Positions 12,701 through 26,476 of a stretch of 64,000 nucleotides of DNA are shown piece after piece. Source of the stretch: Trichoplax adhaerens (taxonomy: Eukaryota; Animalia; Placozoa). The stretch lies in NCBI RefSeq assembly GCF_000150275.1, contig NW_002060955.1, positions 850,287 to 914,286 on the forward strand, in the 5' to 3' direction. The notes beneath the pieces are model-generated. The model was given only the letters and a program-made list of their open reading frames with translations. It did not search any database and was not told the DNA's origin. The stretch's first letter is position 1. Every line of letters begins with the position of its first letter. Made by a program: the position numbers and the translations under genes.

Positions 12701-15700
12701 GCGTTTTTGAACAGGTTTTTATAGGGAATTCTGCTTAAGGCTTTCCTAAATGCTACTGCAAATGCCCACATCGAATCATAGCAATAGCTGTAGTAGGCAT
12801 TAGATGTTGCTTTGCCATAACTCTTTAGAAATCGGCTGTGAAATTGTTTACCAGTCTATATCAGAAAAAAGTAATGCTTTCTGAGTCTTCTTTGAAATCA
12901 TAAATAATACTGCCTAGACTTTAGCAGTAATAATGAAACCGCTATTTCTAGGTCCATCAAGGATAGCTGCTGGATTATTCTGCTTTACCAACTACAGCAT
13001 TAACTCGTGTATACTGGTAAATCTAAAGTAAGGTATGTTTCTATATAAAAGAAATACGAGTATGTACTTTGGCCGCAATTATGCGACCTCTTATAGTAGT
13101 TCTTAATACCTAATAATTGAAATTTCAATTTTTAGCCATAACTAATTCTCGATCAAATATCTGCATCTATTTTCCGATGAGTAACTTCTTGTGAATATGA
13201 TAATATTATAGCGTAATTAGTATTTTTAATGATATCACCTCAGACTCTTAACAATTTACCGTAACTTTGTCGTGCTATTTTCTGGGGATTAATGGCAGTT
13301 GATCATAACTGATGCTTTACATGATATCAAAATTCATTGCTTATTTTGAAATAAGGTAAATTTAACTAAATGAACCAAATCTATTCTTAAAATCTTTAGA
13401 TCTTTCTACACTAAATTAGTATTATACGCTTATAAGAAGCTAATTTACTACCACTTACTGTATACTTGATAATGTTACAACATTAAAGTCTGACAAGTCC
13501 ATCTATGACGGGCCTTAATTCAAATGCAAATTTTCGCTAATATCAAATCTATATTTTGACGCATTTTACCTGTTTGCTAATGCTAATTCGATCACTCTGA
13601 TCAAAATTAGGTACTTTAACAGCAAAGGCGTTATTTAATGAAGATAAAACGTCATCTTCTGTGCAATTTAATCCGAATCGACTTGCATGCACTTCAACAT
13701 CTTGCCACCAATTTTTTTCTCCAAAATAGGGTATTATCCAAACATATTGACTTCCATATAAATTATATTTCGTTGCCTAAGAATTGTTATTAAAGCTTAA
13801 ATCTAGTGCTGTCTTGATGAGTAATAATTAAATTCTAATAATGCAGTGTAAATCTGTTTTATAAAATTGTAGATTGTTAAGAGACAGGAATAGCCCAAAC
13901 TTGCAGCATAAATTGAGAGTGCGCTTTGAAATCTACTTTACGGTAAGCTGATTGATATTCCTATGTAGATATTATTAAAATTTAGCACATTTATACACAT
14001 TAAACACAGTGTGTTCCTGTTCAATTTACTACGTCAGTATTGAATTAATCGATTCCTACAAATAGTTTAACAAAAATATATTAGGTTAGTCTACTAAGCT
14101 ATATCGTATAAACTTAGAATCTGTACTCGCAACCTTAACATCCTTCGAGGAAATAAATTCAGTCTAGTTAAACTAGTTGGGAATTACTATTTTAGTCCAA
14201 CTGATCCTAAATTAAGGATTGTTAACATATCAACTGTTGCCCACTAATATTACAGTCAAGGAGACCGTAAATATTGTTGACGTATAAGCATATATAGAAT
14301 GTAACATGGCAATAATGTACAAATTAAGAAAATTTACTTTCGTAATAAGATAAATTGCCTTCTCTTCAAGGCTGAACAATCTATACTAGCAAGAAATAGA
14401 ATTCTCAGTTGAAGTAAATAGTGTTAACTTACTGCACATAATAATACCGCTGTAAGGTTCGCATCCGCAAATACCGTAAATAGACTTCGTGTTTCTTTCT
14501 TAATAGTATAAAAGTAGAATAATTTAGCACACCAATAACAACCTGCATTAATCCAACATGGTATTAGATTGCACCAAGGTAACAATTTTAAGGCATTACT
14601 GATAGCAATATTGCAAGCTTATATGTACATTAAACTTTATCATCTCATCTTGTCCTTAATGACAACTTAAAATGATCAACAAAACTACTAGAATAGGCTT
14701 TAAAATACCATAAAGTTTAAATCGAAACGGCTATATACCTGTATCTGCTCCATTGCATGAGACATCATAGGGGGATGAGATACACTCATAGATCTATAAT
14801 AGTATCCATCACGCTTACCCAAATCTTTCAAATAGGTAGAAGTCTAAAACAGATAAAGCATTGCTATATCAAATAATTACATAGTTAAGGGCCAAATTTC
14901 ATCGAGCCCAGTGTGCCCTTTCAAGCATTTAGAAATTAGATGGTACAAGTAATCAGTTTCTACTCTCATCAAGGCTACTTAAATTAATATGACATGATAC
15001 TAAGGTAATTAAAGAATTGTGACAGCGTTATATACTGTATTAGTGTAGAAATATCCATGTTAGGATAATTTTGTTAGCCTATCCTTATTTAGTTAACTTC
15101 TAATTTGGATATACTGTGTTTTAATATAGCGCTGACTTTATGCGACAGTGATATCTACATATACTGAAATTACTAATTATATTAGGGAATGCGAATTATC
15201 TACTTACAGTTCGAATCATTGTGATTGTAACTTACTTATGGTAGATTGTAAATTATCGTGGAAATGTTTCGTGATAAGACATATCGTAATCTGATTATTC
15301 TGTATTAGTCATTAGACGTCTATGTTGGTAAATACTGTTGTCTGCATTAGGGAGCAGTAGCTACAATTAGTATCTAATTCAGTGAATGATTCCAAAGTTA
15401 TTCGTACTAACTATGACTCAAGAACTATTGAGGAAGAGTATATAAACGCAATATATCGTGTAATAAAGTCAATTGTTAAAGTTAGTGTTTAACGTAAAAT
15501 ACGAGGCGTCTAAGTCTTTGTGTAGTCTGCTAGCAGAGCAAAAGTGTTTCTGATAGTGCAGATATCGTTCCTTGATACGTAGTTCAAGAAATTGACTTAT
15601 TGATCCTACATTACGTTATCTAGTTGCAAAGCTGTTTTGTGAGAAGAATCTAATTAATAGTAAACGCACAGCCGTATCTAAATCTATCAGATAAAATTTA

Positions 15701-18700
15701 AATTTTTTGCTTATAATTGAATAAAAGATGCCAAGTTGAGGTTATTTCCATTACAGTCATTTCAATGGCGTGGGTTCGAATCCCACCGCTGCAAGCGAAT
15801 ATATTACGAGCTAGGAATAGCCCTAACTAGCAACAAGGATTGAGAAGTGATTTCTTTCCTTAACTACTATTACTTGGAATACCAGACAATTGGTATTCCA
15901 AAGCCGATAGGGTTTAACGTAGGGAGACCTTCAAGGCTTCCTAGAAAATCACAATCTAATTTATAGTCGGCGAACTCGCCGTGTATATAGGTTTTGGACC
16001 GAAAGCCAGTTTAGCTACACAAGTCACCTCGTCAATTAGAAATTAACCAAATTAATGCCCTAAAGAGATTCTATCTATATATTACATGTCTCCATCTAAA
16101 ATAATCAATGCTTATTAATAGTTTAACAGATACATATAAAACTATCCTATTAAGACATTTCTACTAAACTTAGGAATTGTACTTTGAACCTTAGCAACTT
16201 GGAGGTGATAGATATTATCCAGTTTAGCTGGTAGGCAATTACTATTCTAGTCTATGTAATCCTAAATTAAGGATATCACTATAATTACAATTAAGGAGGC
16301 CCTAAAACATATATAGAACGTAACATAGAAATAAAGTACACGTACGAATATTACTTTCGTGGCAATTGGTCATTAATGTATATGACAAGATTAAAAGATT
16401 ATGGTCAATGCTCACCTTGTGGAAACTTCCTTCAGAAAGTATCGTACCTGTAGTCCAGTTAAAGTACTTGAACATAGCATAATAGGCTAGCGCTACACCA
16501 CGAATTGATCTATAAGTGTTGAATAAGTACCTATATTTTGAGCTATCAACTTCAAGACTTGGCACTGAATAAGAAAACTAAACAAGTAAAATAGCAAATC
16601 ATTAGAATTGTTAATTATCGTATCCGGTCATAAGTTAACAAATGCGATATATCTAACTAATATGTCATTTATTGTTGATACTGTTAACCAATAAATTTTA
16701 AGGAACAGACATCAAACCATTTTGTTATCTTTCGTATTGAAGTAAGCAAAAATCTTTTCTTTATCAATTGTTATCGGCTGATGATATATCTTATACCAGT
16801 TGTGTGATTATTACCTGCATTACGTTGTAGAACGCAGCGGCTTCCGCCACATAAGTAATAGCTGCCGGCGACCTTGGTCCTAATATTGCGACTTGAAGTT
16901 TATCACTGAATAGAAGATGAAGAGCCCCTTTCAATGTTAACGGACCATTTGACTAAAAGAAAAATTCCACTTTAGTTACTATTTACGATATGTACTGCAT
17001 AATATCTAAAGTTATAAATAAATTACGAAAATATTATTTCAGCATAAGTTTACTTATATAAATAGCAGAATACTAAACTCTAATTTAATGTAGGATCTGG
17101 ATGATGAAGAATTTCAGATATAAAATCAAAATCAGGAATATGCATTACTGTGTTGTAAGTCACATCAGTTCTTAACAGCTATACAGTGATCTTTTTGACT
17201 CTGAATATCATTAAATATACATATAGACTTGACGAAGTCTATTCTCTTATCTAGGTTACAGAATCTATCAGATTCATTCATATCTAACTCAAGGTTTCAT
17301 CTACAGGATTGTTACGAGCATTGTAATCCAAATAGTGTCTACTAACAAGCAAAGCCGAGGTATTTTTAAGTTATGACGAAATATTTAATCTGCGCAGACA
17401 TTATGCAATAAGGTAAGGCTGGTTGATTCCGGTACACTAATAATATGATAATATGACTTATTACATGAACGAGAGATGTCTTTCTATAAGATATGAAATT
17501 AATTTGCTATATTTCTATATTTATAAGTCTATTTAGTATAATTCTTGCCTTCATTATAATCTATAAGCTATCATCTACGACGCAATTTATCTAGCATTGA
17601 AAATCAACCAAGCTATGAATATATCTAGATACCAGATATTGAATAGATCTAATTTGATTAATTCTTATAATTTTATAATTATCAGATATTCAACGGTTGT
17701 GCAAAATATCTGATCAAAAAATATATCAATCTGTTCAGTATGATTGCGATAATGAATATCAAGATTATAGACAGTAGCTTTTTAATTTCATATACAGATA
17801 TTTGTTATAAATACGCGTTGGTGTTAGGGTTGAACGATGAAATTATTGCTATACCTTACGAAGATTGACGTCTGACAAGTTAATATGGCTAAATAAATAT
17901 AGTTTCCTTACTTTCAATGAAAATTGATACTATGCTCGTTGCAATTGTTAAAGTAATTATAAGTTCAGTACACCAAGGACATTTGAAATAGCTGGCTTAT
18001 CATGCTGTACCTACGATAAGTTTAATAATTGTAAGCAGGCCATCGGAAGAAGTCATAGAAATGATAAAATCGAGATCAATGATTTTAATGAATTTAATCA
18101 AATTGGCATCTGTTTATAATTAAACCAGTGATATATCAAAGGAACGTAATTGGATGGTAAGCCTCGGTAATTAACTGCAAATTGACACTTAATTAGATTA
18201 TCACAATTATTCTCTCTGTGACTGTTTGTTTTTATTGACATATTTCCTGATTTATTTCTACTAGTAAGCTATGTCTATTTGCTAGTTCATTTATAGCAAT
18301 AGTAATTTCCATGAATACAATGTGTATACAAAGAAGGTTTAGATTGTATCCAGTACTGGCACGGCAACATCACGAAAATGCCATGAAAATAGACGATTGA
18401 GACTTTTTAATGTTTTAATTTCAATGCAGGCTCATTAATTTTTAAACTAGATATGTTTACAGTATCGTACTGGAAATTAATAGATGATTTACTGTTATTT
18501 TCACTATTTTCAAATTAATGCTCACTGCCATATCCAGCCATATTAACAATTTTAAATTATTTTTGTCACATCGGAACATCATCGTTCCAATATATTACAG
18601 AATCTTTCGTCAAGAAATAGATAGTCGATGATGTAAATTGCTGTATGCAGTATAGACGAAAAAGTAATATTCACGATTTAATTTTAATTTTTTAACTATC

Positions 18701-21700
18701 TCTAGTTGTATACGTATATATTCTCAAATTATTTCGCTATGTACTCAATACAAATTAAGATTCTGGGATAGCAATCTCTAAAAGATATTCAATTAGGCTG
18801 CGATAATGGTTAAAAAGATTTCACTTTCAATAGAACTCTCATATTATAAATTTTAAATTTAATTATTAGAGCTAGCTAACAATTGTAGTGGATCTTACAT
18901 GTTACAATACCATCTAATTTATGCAAAACTTAAAAGATGCACTTTTATATTATTCAATTTAATGGAAAAAGTTACTTCCTATTTATTGTCTCATTCGAGA
19001 AGTGGCATTGGCTATCTCTTTTGTAAGAGAATATTTAATTAAAAAATATAGAAATGTTATGTGAATAACTTTATAAGTGGATTCTGCCTTTACAATTCAT
19101 GTAAATGGCATCCTAATAGTATTATTTCTGATTCATCATCTCTAAAATGAATCTCCAATCTTAAAATGGTAAAAATAAAGATTAAAATTTAGTTTACGCT
19201 CATGAAAGGCCCATAGCGATGTACAGAAATTAAATTTGCATATAGCGTATGTAATTTATGGATCTGTCTACTAAATTTATCTAAAATATCAAAACTGGAT
19301 ACCGTATATGCAATTAGGTAGATATTCTGCCCAGGGGTAATCTGTAACAAAAAGGTTCTTTGATAAACAACTGAAACAATTACAAATTAAATTTACGTAC
19401 GATCACAATCTTGATAGATTATTAATTTGTTCTCTACGCATTTTTAAGATTTAGCCTGAACATCATAACAGAAGTAGTTTAGACATTGGCAATATAATCT
19501 ACACCTATCTCGCATCGATGTGACCGATATCAATCTATGTTTGGGTCCTACCGATACGCTAAATTCTCTACCAAATACGCGAAGGTAAATGTCAAAATAA
19601 TTTATTGATAATTACAATTTGCTCTTTTATAGATTAATAAACAGGCAAAGAAATTTGTCTAGGGCGATACCTAGAACTATTTCCAAAAAACTGTTCAGTC
19701 TAAAACTAAAAAATATCGTAATAATCTCCAGCTGTAAAGTTTTGCTTTCGTTTCGTATTGTAGTTGTATATCTATATCGCTAATGAATGATTAACTGAAT
19801 TATTGATATTAGGCAATTTTTTGTTTAGCAATTAAATAAAGACCATATTTCAAAGGTTAGCATCTAGAGGAGGACTAGCAATAATGAAGGGCAATTGCAA
19901 TATTCTTGATATACATCATTTCAATTTTATTNNNNNNNNNNNNNNNNNNNNNNNNNNNNNNNNNNNNNNNNNNNNNNNNNNTTGATTTCTTTTTTGGATT
20001 TATTGACACACTAATCAGTGTCTACATATCACTTTTATCGTCTTATTGTAATATGAATTACTATTGATATACGAGTATGATTAAACAATCCAAATTCAAT
20101 TAGAGGAATAGAAATGCTACTGTTACGGTAGTCAAAGAAAGTAGAGTAGGTAGCTTCTGGTCAAGAATGAAATTAAACTATTTTATAATTGTATTGGCAT
20201 GTTGTAGCTTGTAATTCTAATAACGTTGTGACACATTTTGGCATTAGCCCATGGAAAAACAGAATGATTAAAAAAGGAAGTTATACGATTAATGGCGATA
20301 AATATCCAATTTTAGTTATGACCTAATTGTTTCACGTTGTCTTGATAATTCCAATTTAAGATCTTAGCAACGATTCTAAAATGCGCACGGCACATTAGCG
20401 AACGTGGCATCGATTAAATTATCAAAAACAGCATGATAAACATTATGATGGTTAAGAAAATTTTAGTCTTGGACACAATTTAATTTCAATGTGGTCTATT
20501 TTCCGATTTTCTATTATTTACCTTGAGAACGAGTAAACTAATAAATCATAATCTAAAGTACATTTATCCTTGATCGAAAGTTCTTTAAATGCTGAAAGAT
20601 GTTGAATTCCCATGCAAAAGAAGTAGACTGTTTTTTGTTAATTAAGAATATAGCAATAGTTGAATATTCTTATAACAATCCTTGGGAAATATACTGAAAT
20701 CTCAATTATCTCTGAATAATATCGGCCAAAAATAAGAAGCCTCAGAAGATAAATGACTTTCTTACTATTTAGTCACTTTGTTCATTTCTTAGTGTATTAG
20801 GTTGTCACAACCCTCACTTGTGGCAAAGGAAAGTAAAGAACTCTAGTGTAGTTACTTAAAACTTGGGCTATTTCTCCCAGTACTTTCAGTTTCTATGAGA
20901 GAAGTATTTGAGAACTCGATTTCTCGGCTGATCTCCACAGACAACTGACTAATTATTACACTATTCTTCACGATATGAGTCTTACCGTTTCTTGAGCAAT
21001 TACTTACTTTATTCTATAAACACACGCGNNNNNNNNNNNNNNNNNNNNNNNNNNNNNNNNNNNNNNNNNNNNNNNNNNCAAATACTAAATGACAGGTGTG
21101 AAGTCAGAACAAATTCCATCTTGGATCATGTTATATTTAAAAGCAACCAGCTTTTTGACTATTCAACTTAATAGATGCTATAACAGATGTAATTGAATTT
21201 CTTTTTTGGATTTATTGACACACTAATCAGTGTCTACATATCACTTTTATCGTCTTATTGTAATATGAATTACTATTGATATACGAGTATGATTAAACAA
21301 TCCAAATTCAATTAGAGGAATAGAATAGAAATGCTACTGTTACGGTAGTCAAAGAAAGTAGAGTAGGTAGCTTCTGGTCAAGAATGAAATTAAACTATTT
21401 TATAATTGTATTGGCATGTTGTAGCTTGTAATTCTAATAACGTTGTGACACATTTTGGCATTAGCCCATGGAAATACAGGATGATTAAAAAAAGGAAGTT
21501 ATACGATTAATGGCGATAAATATCCAATTTTAGTTATGACCTAATTGTTTCACGTTGTCTTGATAATTCCAATTTAAGATCTTAGCAACGATTCTAAAAT
21601 GTGCAAGGCACATTAGCGAACGTAGCATCGATTAAATTATCAGAGACAGCATGATAAACATTATGATGGTTAAGAAAATTTTAGTCTTGGACACAATTTA

Positions 21701-23242
21701 ATTTCAATGTGGTCTATTTTCCGATTTTCTATTATTTACCTTGAGAACGAGTAAACTAACAAATCATAATCTAAAGTACTTTTATCCTTTATCGAAAGTT
21801 CTTTAAATGCTGAAAGATGTTGAATTCCCATGTAAAAGAAGTAGACTGTTTTTTGTTAATAGGAATATAGCAATAGTTGAATATTCTCATAACAATCCTT
21901 GGGAAATATACTGAAAATCTCAATTATCTCTGAGTAATATCGGCCAAAAATAAGAAGCCTCAGAAGATAAATGACTTTCTTACTATTTAGTCACTTTGTT
22001 CATTTCTTAGTGTATTAGGTATGATTTATTCAAATTCTATTTACTTCCTACTTCTTTCTTAAAGACTATAAATTAACTCTATACTGTATCATTACTTGGT
22101 AGATCTCATAAAAATGATGATAGTTGACAAGATGAAGTTATTTCTAAGTTAGACTTCCTATTAAACCACTTATAGATTTTTTCCATTACCCAAGCTCTAT
22201 TTCTCAATTTATCATTATCTATTCCAAGATAGATTGACTTCATTTTTACCATCTTATAGCTATCGTAAGTTAATGCAGATTCTTTCTACAAAATTGGTAC
22301 AATTTACGTATAGCGAATAAAATGCTTTCATCTTAACGTAGTTCAGCCTCAAGTGTAGTATCTGTTTTACAAATCATTCCGAAACAAATAATTTCTCGCC
22401 TTTTGTCCTATTTTATCATCAACTGTCTACGTTTCTTTTTACATTTTAAAAATTTATTTCTTGGTAGTTGCTGGCATCAGTAACCGATACCGTTGAGGAA
22501 TGTTTGTTGCACAGTCTTAAATATATTTCCTAGCGTATACTTAATAGAAGTGTTCAAGTTCCATAGATACTTTGCTTAAATATTCTTTTCTGTCAAGATA
22601 TAAACTTCAAATTTTTATACTGTTAGACAGCCATATGAGCTAATATTAAGGATTCCAGAATTAATTGATCGTAACTATTGCAACTGGAGAAAAGCGCAAT
22701 GCAAAGAGAACTCTTGCATAATTATTTTATCAAATTTCGACGGAAAATAGTTTAGATTAACACTTTCGAGGTGCAATGTACGAATAAGGAATGCAAATGC
22801 AAATTGTTTCCATTCAAATACATTACCATTTATAAACTAGACTTAAAGACTAAAATAATTTCTAAGTATTTTTAGTTAGTTAAGAAATGACAACACCGTA
22901 AGTGTTACCATATGGGAATTCTTATCACGGCTAGGATTAGAATGTCTACCGAAATAACTAAAAAATGCTGCAAAATATGTAAAGTATCAATGCTCGGACT
23001 GTGTTTACTAAACCATAATTGAAACTTACATAAGCTTCGATAGGTGTAAGGAAGAATGTAACCATTGGCAGCATGGACAGATCATTATTAATATCTTGGA
23101 CTGCCATCTCTGCTGCTAATTTGCTTTCAGGGTCACTTTTAGGAAATAAACCAATAATTCCTAGCTCAATTTTATCAAGAGCACAGCAGGAAGGGCTCAT
23201 AGCAAGAACCATCATTACTGAGACCAAAATTACTCTCAACAT
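9736..23242 (-). CDS. GABA-B-receptor-like class C GPCR, ~798 aa, 15 exons: 23242-23030, 16952-16815, 16577-16416, 14843-14739, 14498-14433, 13776-13570, 12855-12607, 12396-12336, 12207-12112, 11902-11752, 11510-11270, 10957-10823, 10709-10377, 10135-9980, 9819-9736
   Basis: Signal peptide; Venus flytrap motifs (AAEMAVQDINNDLSMLP, VAEAAAFYN, LYGSQYVWII, YDSMWAFA, FQGVTG); no Cys-rich domain; 7TM motifs IKMSSPNINN, FGSLFVKTWRVYRIF, YKGLLMLFGAYLAF.TR.V.I.ALNDS, FIPK; C-terminal coiled coil. Exons sum to 2397 nt in frame with GT-AG junctions. Confidence 0.9.
14090..14345 (+). repeat. Diverged intronic direct repeat, copy 1
   Basis: Shares CCTAAATTAAGGAT, ATTACA.T.AAGGAG.CC, ATATATAGAA.GTAACAT and TTACTTTCGT in order with 16160-16362. 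Confidence 0.65.
15018..15644 (+). mobile_element. Solo LTR family B (627 bp) in GPCR intron 3
   Basis: TGTGACAG...TGTGAGA termini, perfect TSD AGAAT (15013-15017, 15645-15649), TATATAAA then AATAAA; homologous to 1-355 and 653-1213. Confidence 0.9.
15754..15794 (+). pseudogene. 3'-half fragment of a tRNA-Leu (variable arm, T arm, 3' acceptor strand)
   Basis: CAGTCATTTCAATGGCGTGGGTTCGAATCCCACCGCTGCAA resembles the 3' half of eukaryotic tRNA-Leu(AAG/TAG) with an intact B box; no recognisable D arm, anticodon arm or 5' acceptor strand upstream. Confidence 0.75.
16160..16362 (+). repeat. Diverged intronic direct repeat, copy 2
   Basis: Homologous to 14090-14345. Confidence 0.65.
19982..20802 (+). 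repeat. Near-identical ~820 bp duplicate of 21193-22020, probably the alternative haplotype
   Basis: Colinear with scattered SNPs and small indels; lies on a small contig between two 50-N gaps. Confidence 0.85.
20803..21028 (-). mobile_element. U5 end of an LTR (family E) running into a gap
   Basis: Begins TGTCACAACCCTCACTTGTGGCA (terminal hairpin) exactly where the duplicate diverges from 22020; AATAAA on the - strand near 21008. Confidence 0.7.
21193..22020 (+). repeat. Second copy of the ~820 bp duplicate (empty insertion site)
   Basis: Matches 19982-20802 and continues TATTAGGT|ATGATT without the LTR. Confidence 0.85.
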
Positions 23243-24943
23243 GGTTATAAAATAGCAAAGTAGTAGCAATCAACACTTTCTAAAACCGAATTTTGACGTT
23301 ATTTTTTATGAAGTAGCAAGCTAAATAGCTTATGCTGCAACTAATTTGTTGAGAAAATGAATAAAATGGTCTTTTTACATTTGTTTATTAATTAACGGTC
23401 TTAAAAGGAAGGGCATGATAAGAATAGACTATTCAATAGCGCAATGAAAGGGAGCTGGCTGCTACTTAACTTATCTTGTCATTGTTGAGGACAACGCATT
23501 ATAAGTGATAATTAATATCTGACCGATGTTATTCTAGGCGTAGCTATTCAATATGTGGCAAGATATTTGGACCAATAGGATTGATTATTTCCATAATATG
23601 TTATTTATGTGTCATTTCATGATTAGAAATATTTGAATCGCCGTGTTGTATAAGCTTAAATTGTTATACTTACTAAAGTATTTAATAATTAGGAATGGCT
23701 TTTTGTTCTTGTGGACTTTATTAATCAATTATCACACGTGAATGCATAATGAACATAATCTATGATTAATTAATCAATGTATCATGGCCATTTTTAAAAT
23801 ATAAATAGGTTACTGAAATTTGCTATATTAAATGTTACCTATTGCTTGATATTATGATGCATCTGAATGATATATTTGTTGGCATTTCTGCTCAATTGTC
23901 GATTGACTGTGACTTATATAAAATTATTCACAGCTATTGTTTGCTTTTAAAACCAATACTCAGCAAAAGTGCGATGAATGGATTTCTTTATTTCTGATCA
24001 ATTTTAGGATAGTAACTTGCCGATCAAAGTTGCTCAAATGATCAAAGACTTGCAGATGAAGCAATTGAATCTATACTACAATCGTGGCAGGAAAGGATTT
24101 TGGGGTATACGCATAGATGTTCCTTTAGTGCTTTATCAGCATATATTTCTTANNNNNNNNNNNNNNNNNNNNNNNNNNNNNNNNNNNNNNNNNNNNNNNN
24201 NNNNNNNNNNNNNNNNNNNNNNNNNNNNNNNNNNNNNNNNNNNNNNNNNNNNNNNNNNNNNNNNNNNNNNNNNNNNNNNNNNNNNNNNNNNNNNNNNNNN
24301 NNNNNNNNNNNNNNNNNNNNNNNNNNNNNNNNNNNNNNNNNNNNNNNNNNNNNNNNNNNNNNNNNNNNNNNNNNNNNNNNNNNNNNNNNNNNNNNNNNNN
24401 NNNNNNNNNNNNNNNNNNNNNNNNNNNNNNNNNNNNNNNNNNNNNNNNNNNNNNNNNNNNNNNNNNNNNNNNNNNNNNNNNNNNNNNNNNNNNNNNNNNN
24501 NNNNNNNNNNNNNNNNNNNNNNNNNNNNNNNNNNNNNNNNNNNNNNNNNNNNNNNNNNNNNNNNNNNNNNNNNNNNNNNNNNNNNNNNNNNNNNNNNNNN
24601 NNNNNNNNNNNNNNNNNNNNNNNNNNNNNNNNNNNNNNNNNNNNNNNNNNNNNNNNNNNNNNNNNNNNNNNNNNNNNNNNNNNNNNNNNNNNNNNNNNNN
24701 NNNNNNNNNNNNNNNNNNNNNNNNNNNNNNNNNNNNNNNNNNNNNNNNNNNNNNNNNNNNNNNNNNNNNNNNNNNNNNNNNNNNNNNNNNNNNNNNNNNN
24801 NNNNNNNNNNNNNNNNNNNNNNNNNNNNNNNNNNNNNNNNNNNNNNNNNNNNNNNNNNNNNNNNNNNNNNNNNNNNNNNNNNNNNNNNNNNNNNNNNNNN
24901 NNNNNNNNNNNNNNNNNNNNNNNNNNNNNNNNNNNNNNGATTC

Positions 24944-25370
24944 TGTCACGGTACGAACTAATGTAAAGAAATAGCTATCTAAATTTGGCGAATATAATAT
25001 AGTGATAATATATTACAACTAGTTACTTATAAAAGGAATTACTCTAATTATAAATGTGTTACAGTAAATTTAATTATGTGCTGTAATGTGCACTAAAATG
25101 ATTCTGTGAATGGACATATTGTAGTCCGACTGTGAAAAACTAGTTAGTAGATGTTCTCACCTAAGTATTTTTATAAGATGACTTGTGAATGTTAGCTGCT
25201 GTAGAAGGGTGTATAAGCTCATCAGATAGTTGAATTAAGTAGTTCTCAATTGTCTAGTTGAGTTTAACGTAGAATCAAAGGCGTCTAAATTCTTGTGAGT
25301 AGGGATACTGAATTCGCAGATTTTAGAGATTTGTTTTACGTTATCCTTGTCACGAAGCTGGTTTGTGACA
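24944..25370 (+). mobile_element. Solo LTR family A (427 bp)
   Basis: TGTCACGG...TTTGTGACA; reverse complement of the 25730 and 28943 copies; ATTC on both sides (4 bp only; left flank is next to a gap). Confidence 0.9.
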
Positions 25371-25729
25371 ATTCTTAGTAAGATTCTACTAATGCCAGAT
25401 TGAATCAGACTAACTGTTATATAGAATAGCTTGTTACATAATTAAACCGATAATTGAAGATGGAATAATTCATCCCATTGCCAAATTATGAATTTTATAA
25501 GTTGCAGAACAGATACTATTTATTGTCTACCTCTGTTTCATCGGAGAATTTCAAGGTTATGTTCTCGGGATAAAATACTCGTCAATAACATAAAAATGCT
25601 CAAAGTCAATGCTATTACTCGTACACTTTTAAGGGTTCGATTTGATGAACTTGTTTACGTAAAATTGTATAAAATAGAATAATGGAATAGCTGAATATTT
25701 TAATTAGAATACGAGTATTAACATCCAAG

Positions 25730-26163
25730 TGTCACAAACCAACTTCGTGACAAGTATAACGTAAAACAAATCCCTAAATTACTATAGTCTCCGGGATTCA
25801 GTATCCCTACTTACAAGAATTTAGACGCCTTTGATTCTACGTTAAAACAACTATACAATTGAGAACTGCTTTATTCAACTATCTGACGGGTTTATATACC
25901 CTTCTACAGCAGCTAACATTCACAAGTCATCTTATAATAATACTTGGGTGAGAACATCTACTAACTAGTTTTTCACAGTCGGACTACAATATGTTCATTC
26001 ACAGAATCATTTCAGCACACATTACAGCACAGCAATAAATTTACTGTAACACATTTATAATTAGAGTAATTCCTATTGTAAGTAACTAGTTGTATATAAT
26101 ATCACTATACTATATTAACCAAATTTAGATAGCTATTTCTTCACGGTAGTTCGTACCGTGACA
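25730..26163 (-). mobile_element. Solo LTR family A (434 bp)
   Basis: TGTCAC...GTGACA termini, TSD CCAAG (25725-25729, 26164-26168); TATATAAA followed by AATAAA on the - strand sets the orientation. Confidence 0.95.
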
Positions 26164-26476
26164 CCAAGATACAGTATTAACGTATCAAGATCTTGATGCG
26201 TTCATTAACGGCAAAATTTTAGACTGCTTCTAAAAATAGGACATGGATTCTAGAAAACATATTTCATTAGTTGTTGTCAAATGGGTTGCAATATTAATCA
26301 TTTCGATCCACAGACACCTTCAGCTAATTCAGCTTAACCAATAATAACTTTCATATTCTATTTATGCAGTCTATAGCCCAATATAATTATGCCACTTTTT
26401 ATTAATAATTTTACCAGATAACGCCTATTTTGGCTATGTTGACCAACAATGCTGTAATCTCATGCATTAAACCTAC

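Noticed and set aside
24017-24966. Long ORFs spanning N runs (also 1183-1494)
   Set aside because: Artefacts of translating assembly gaps.
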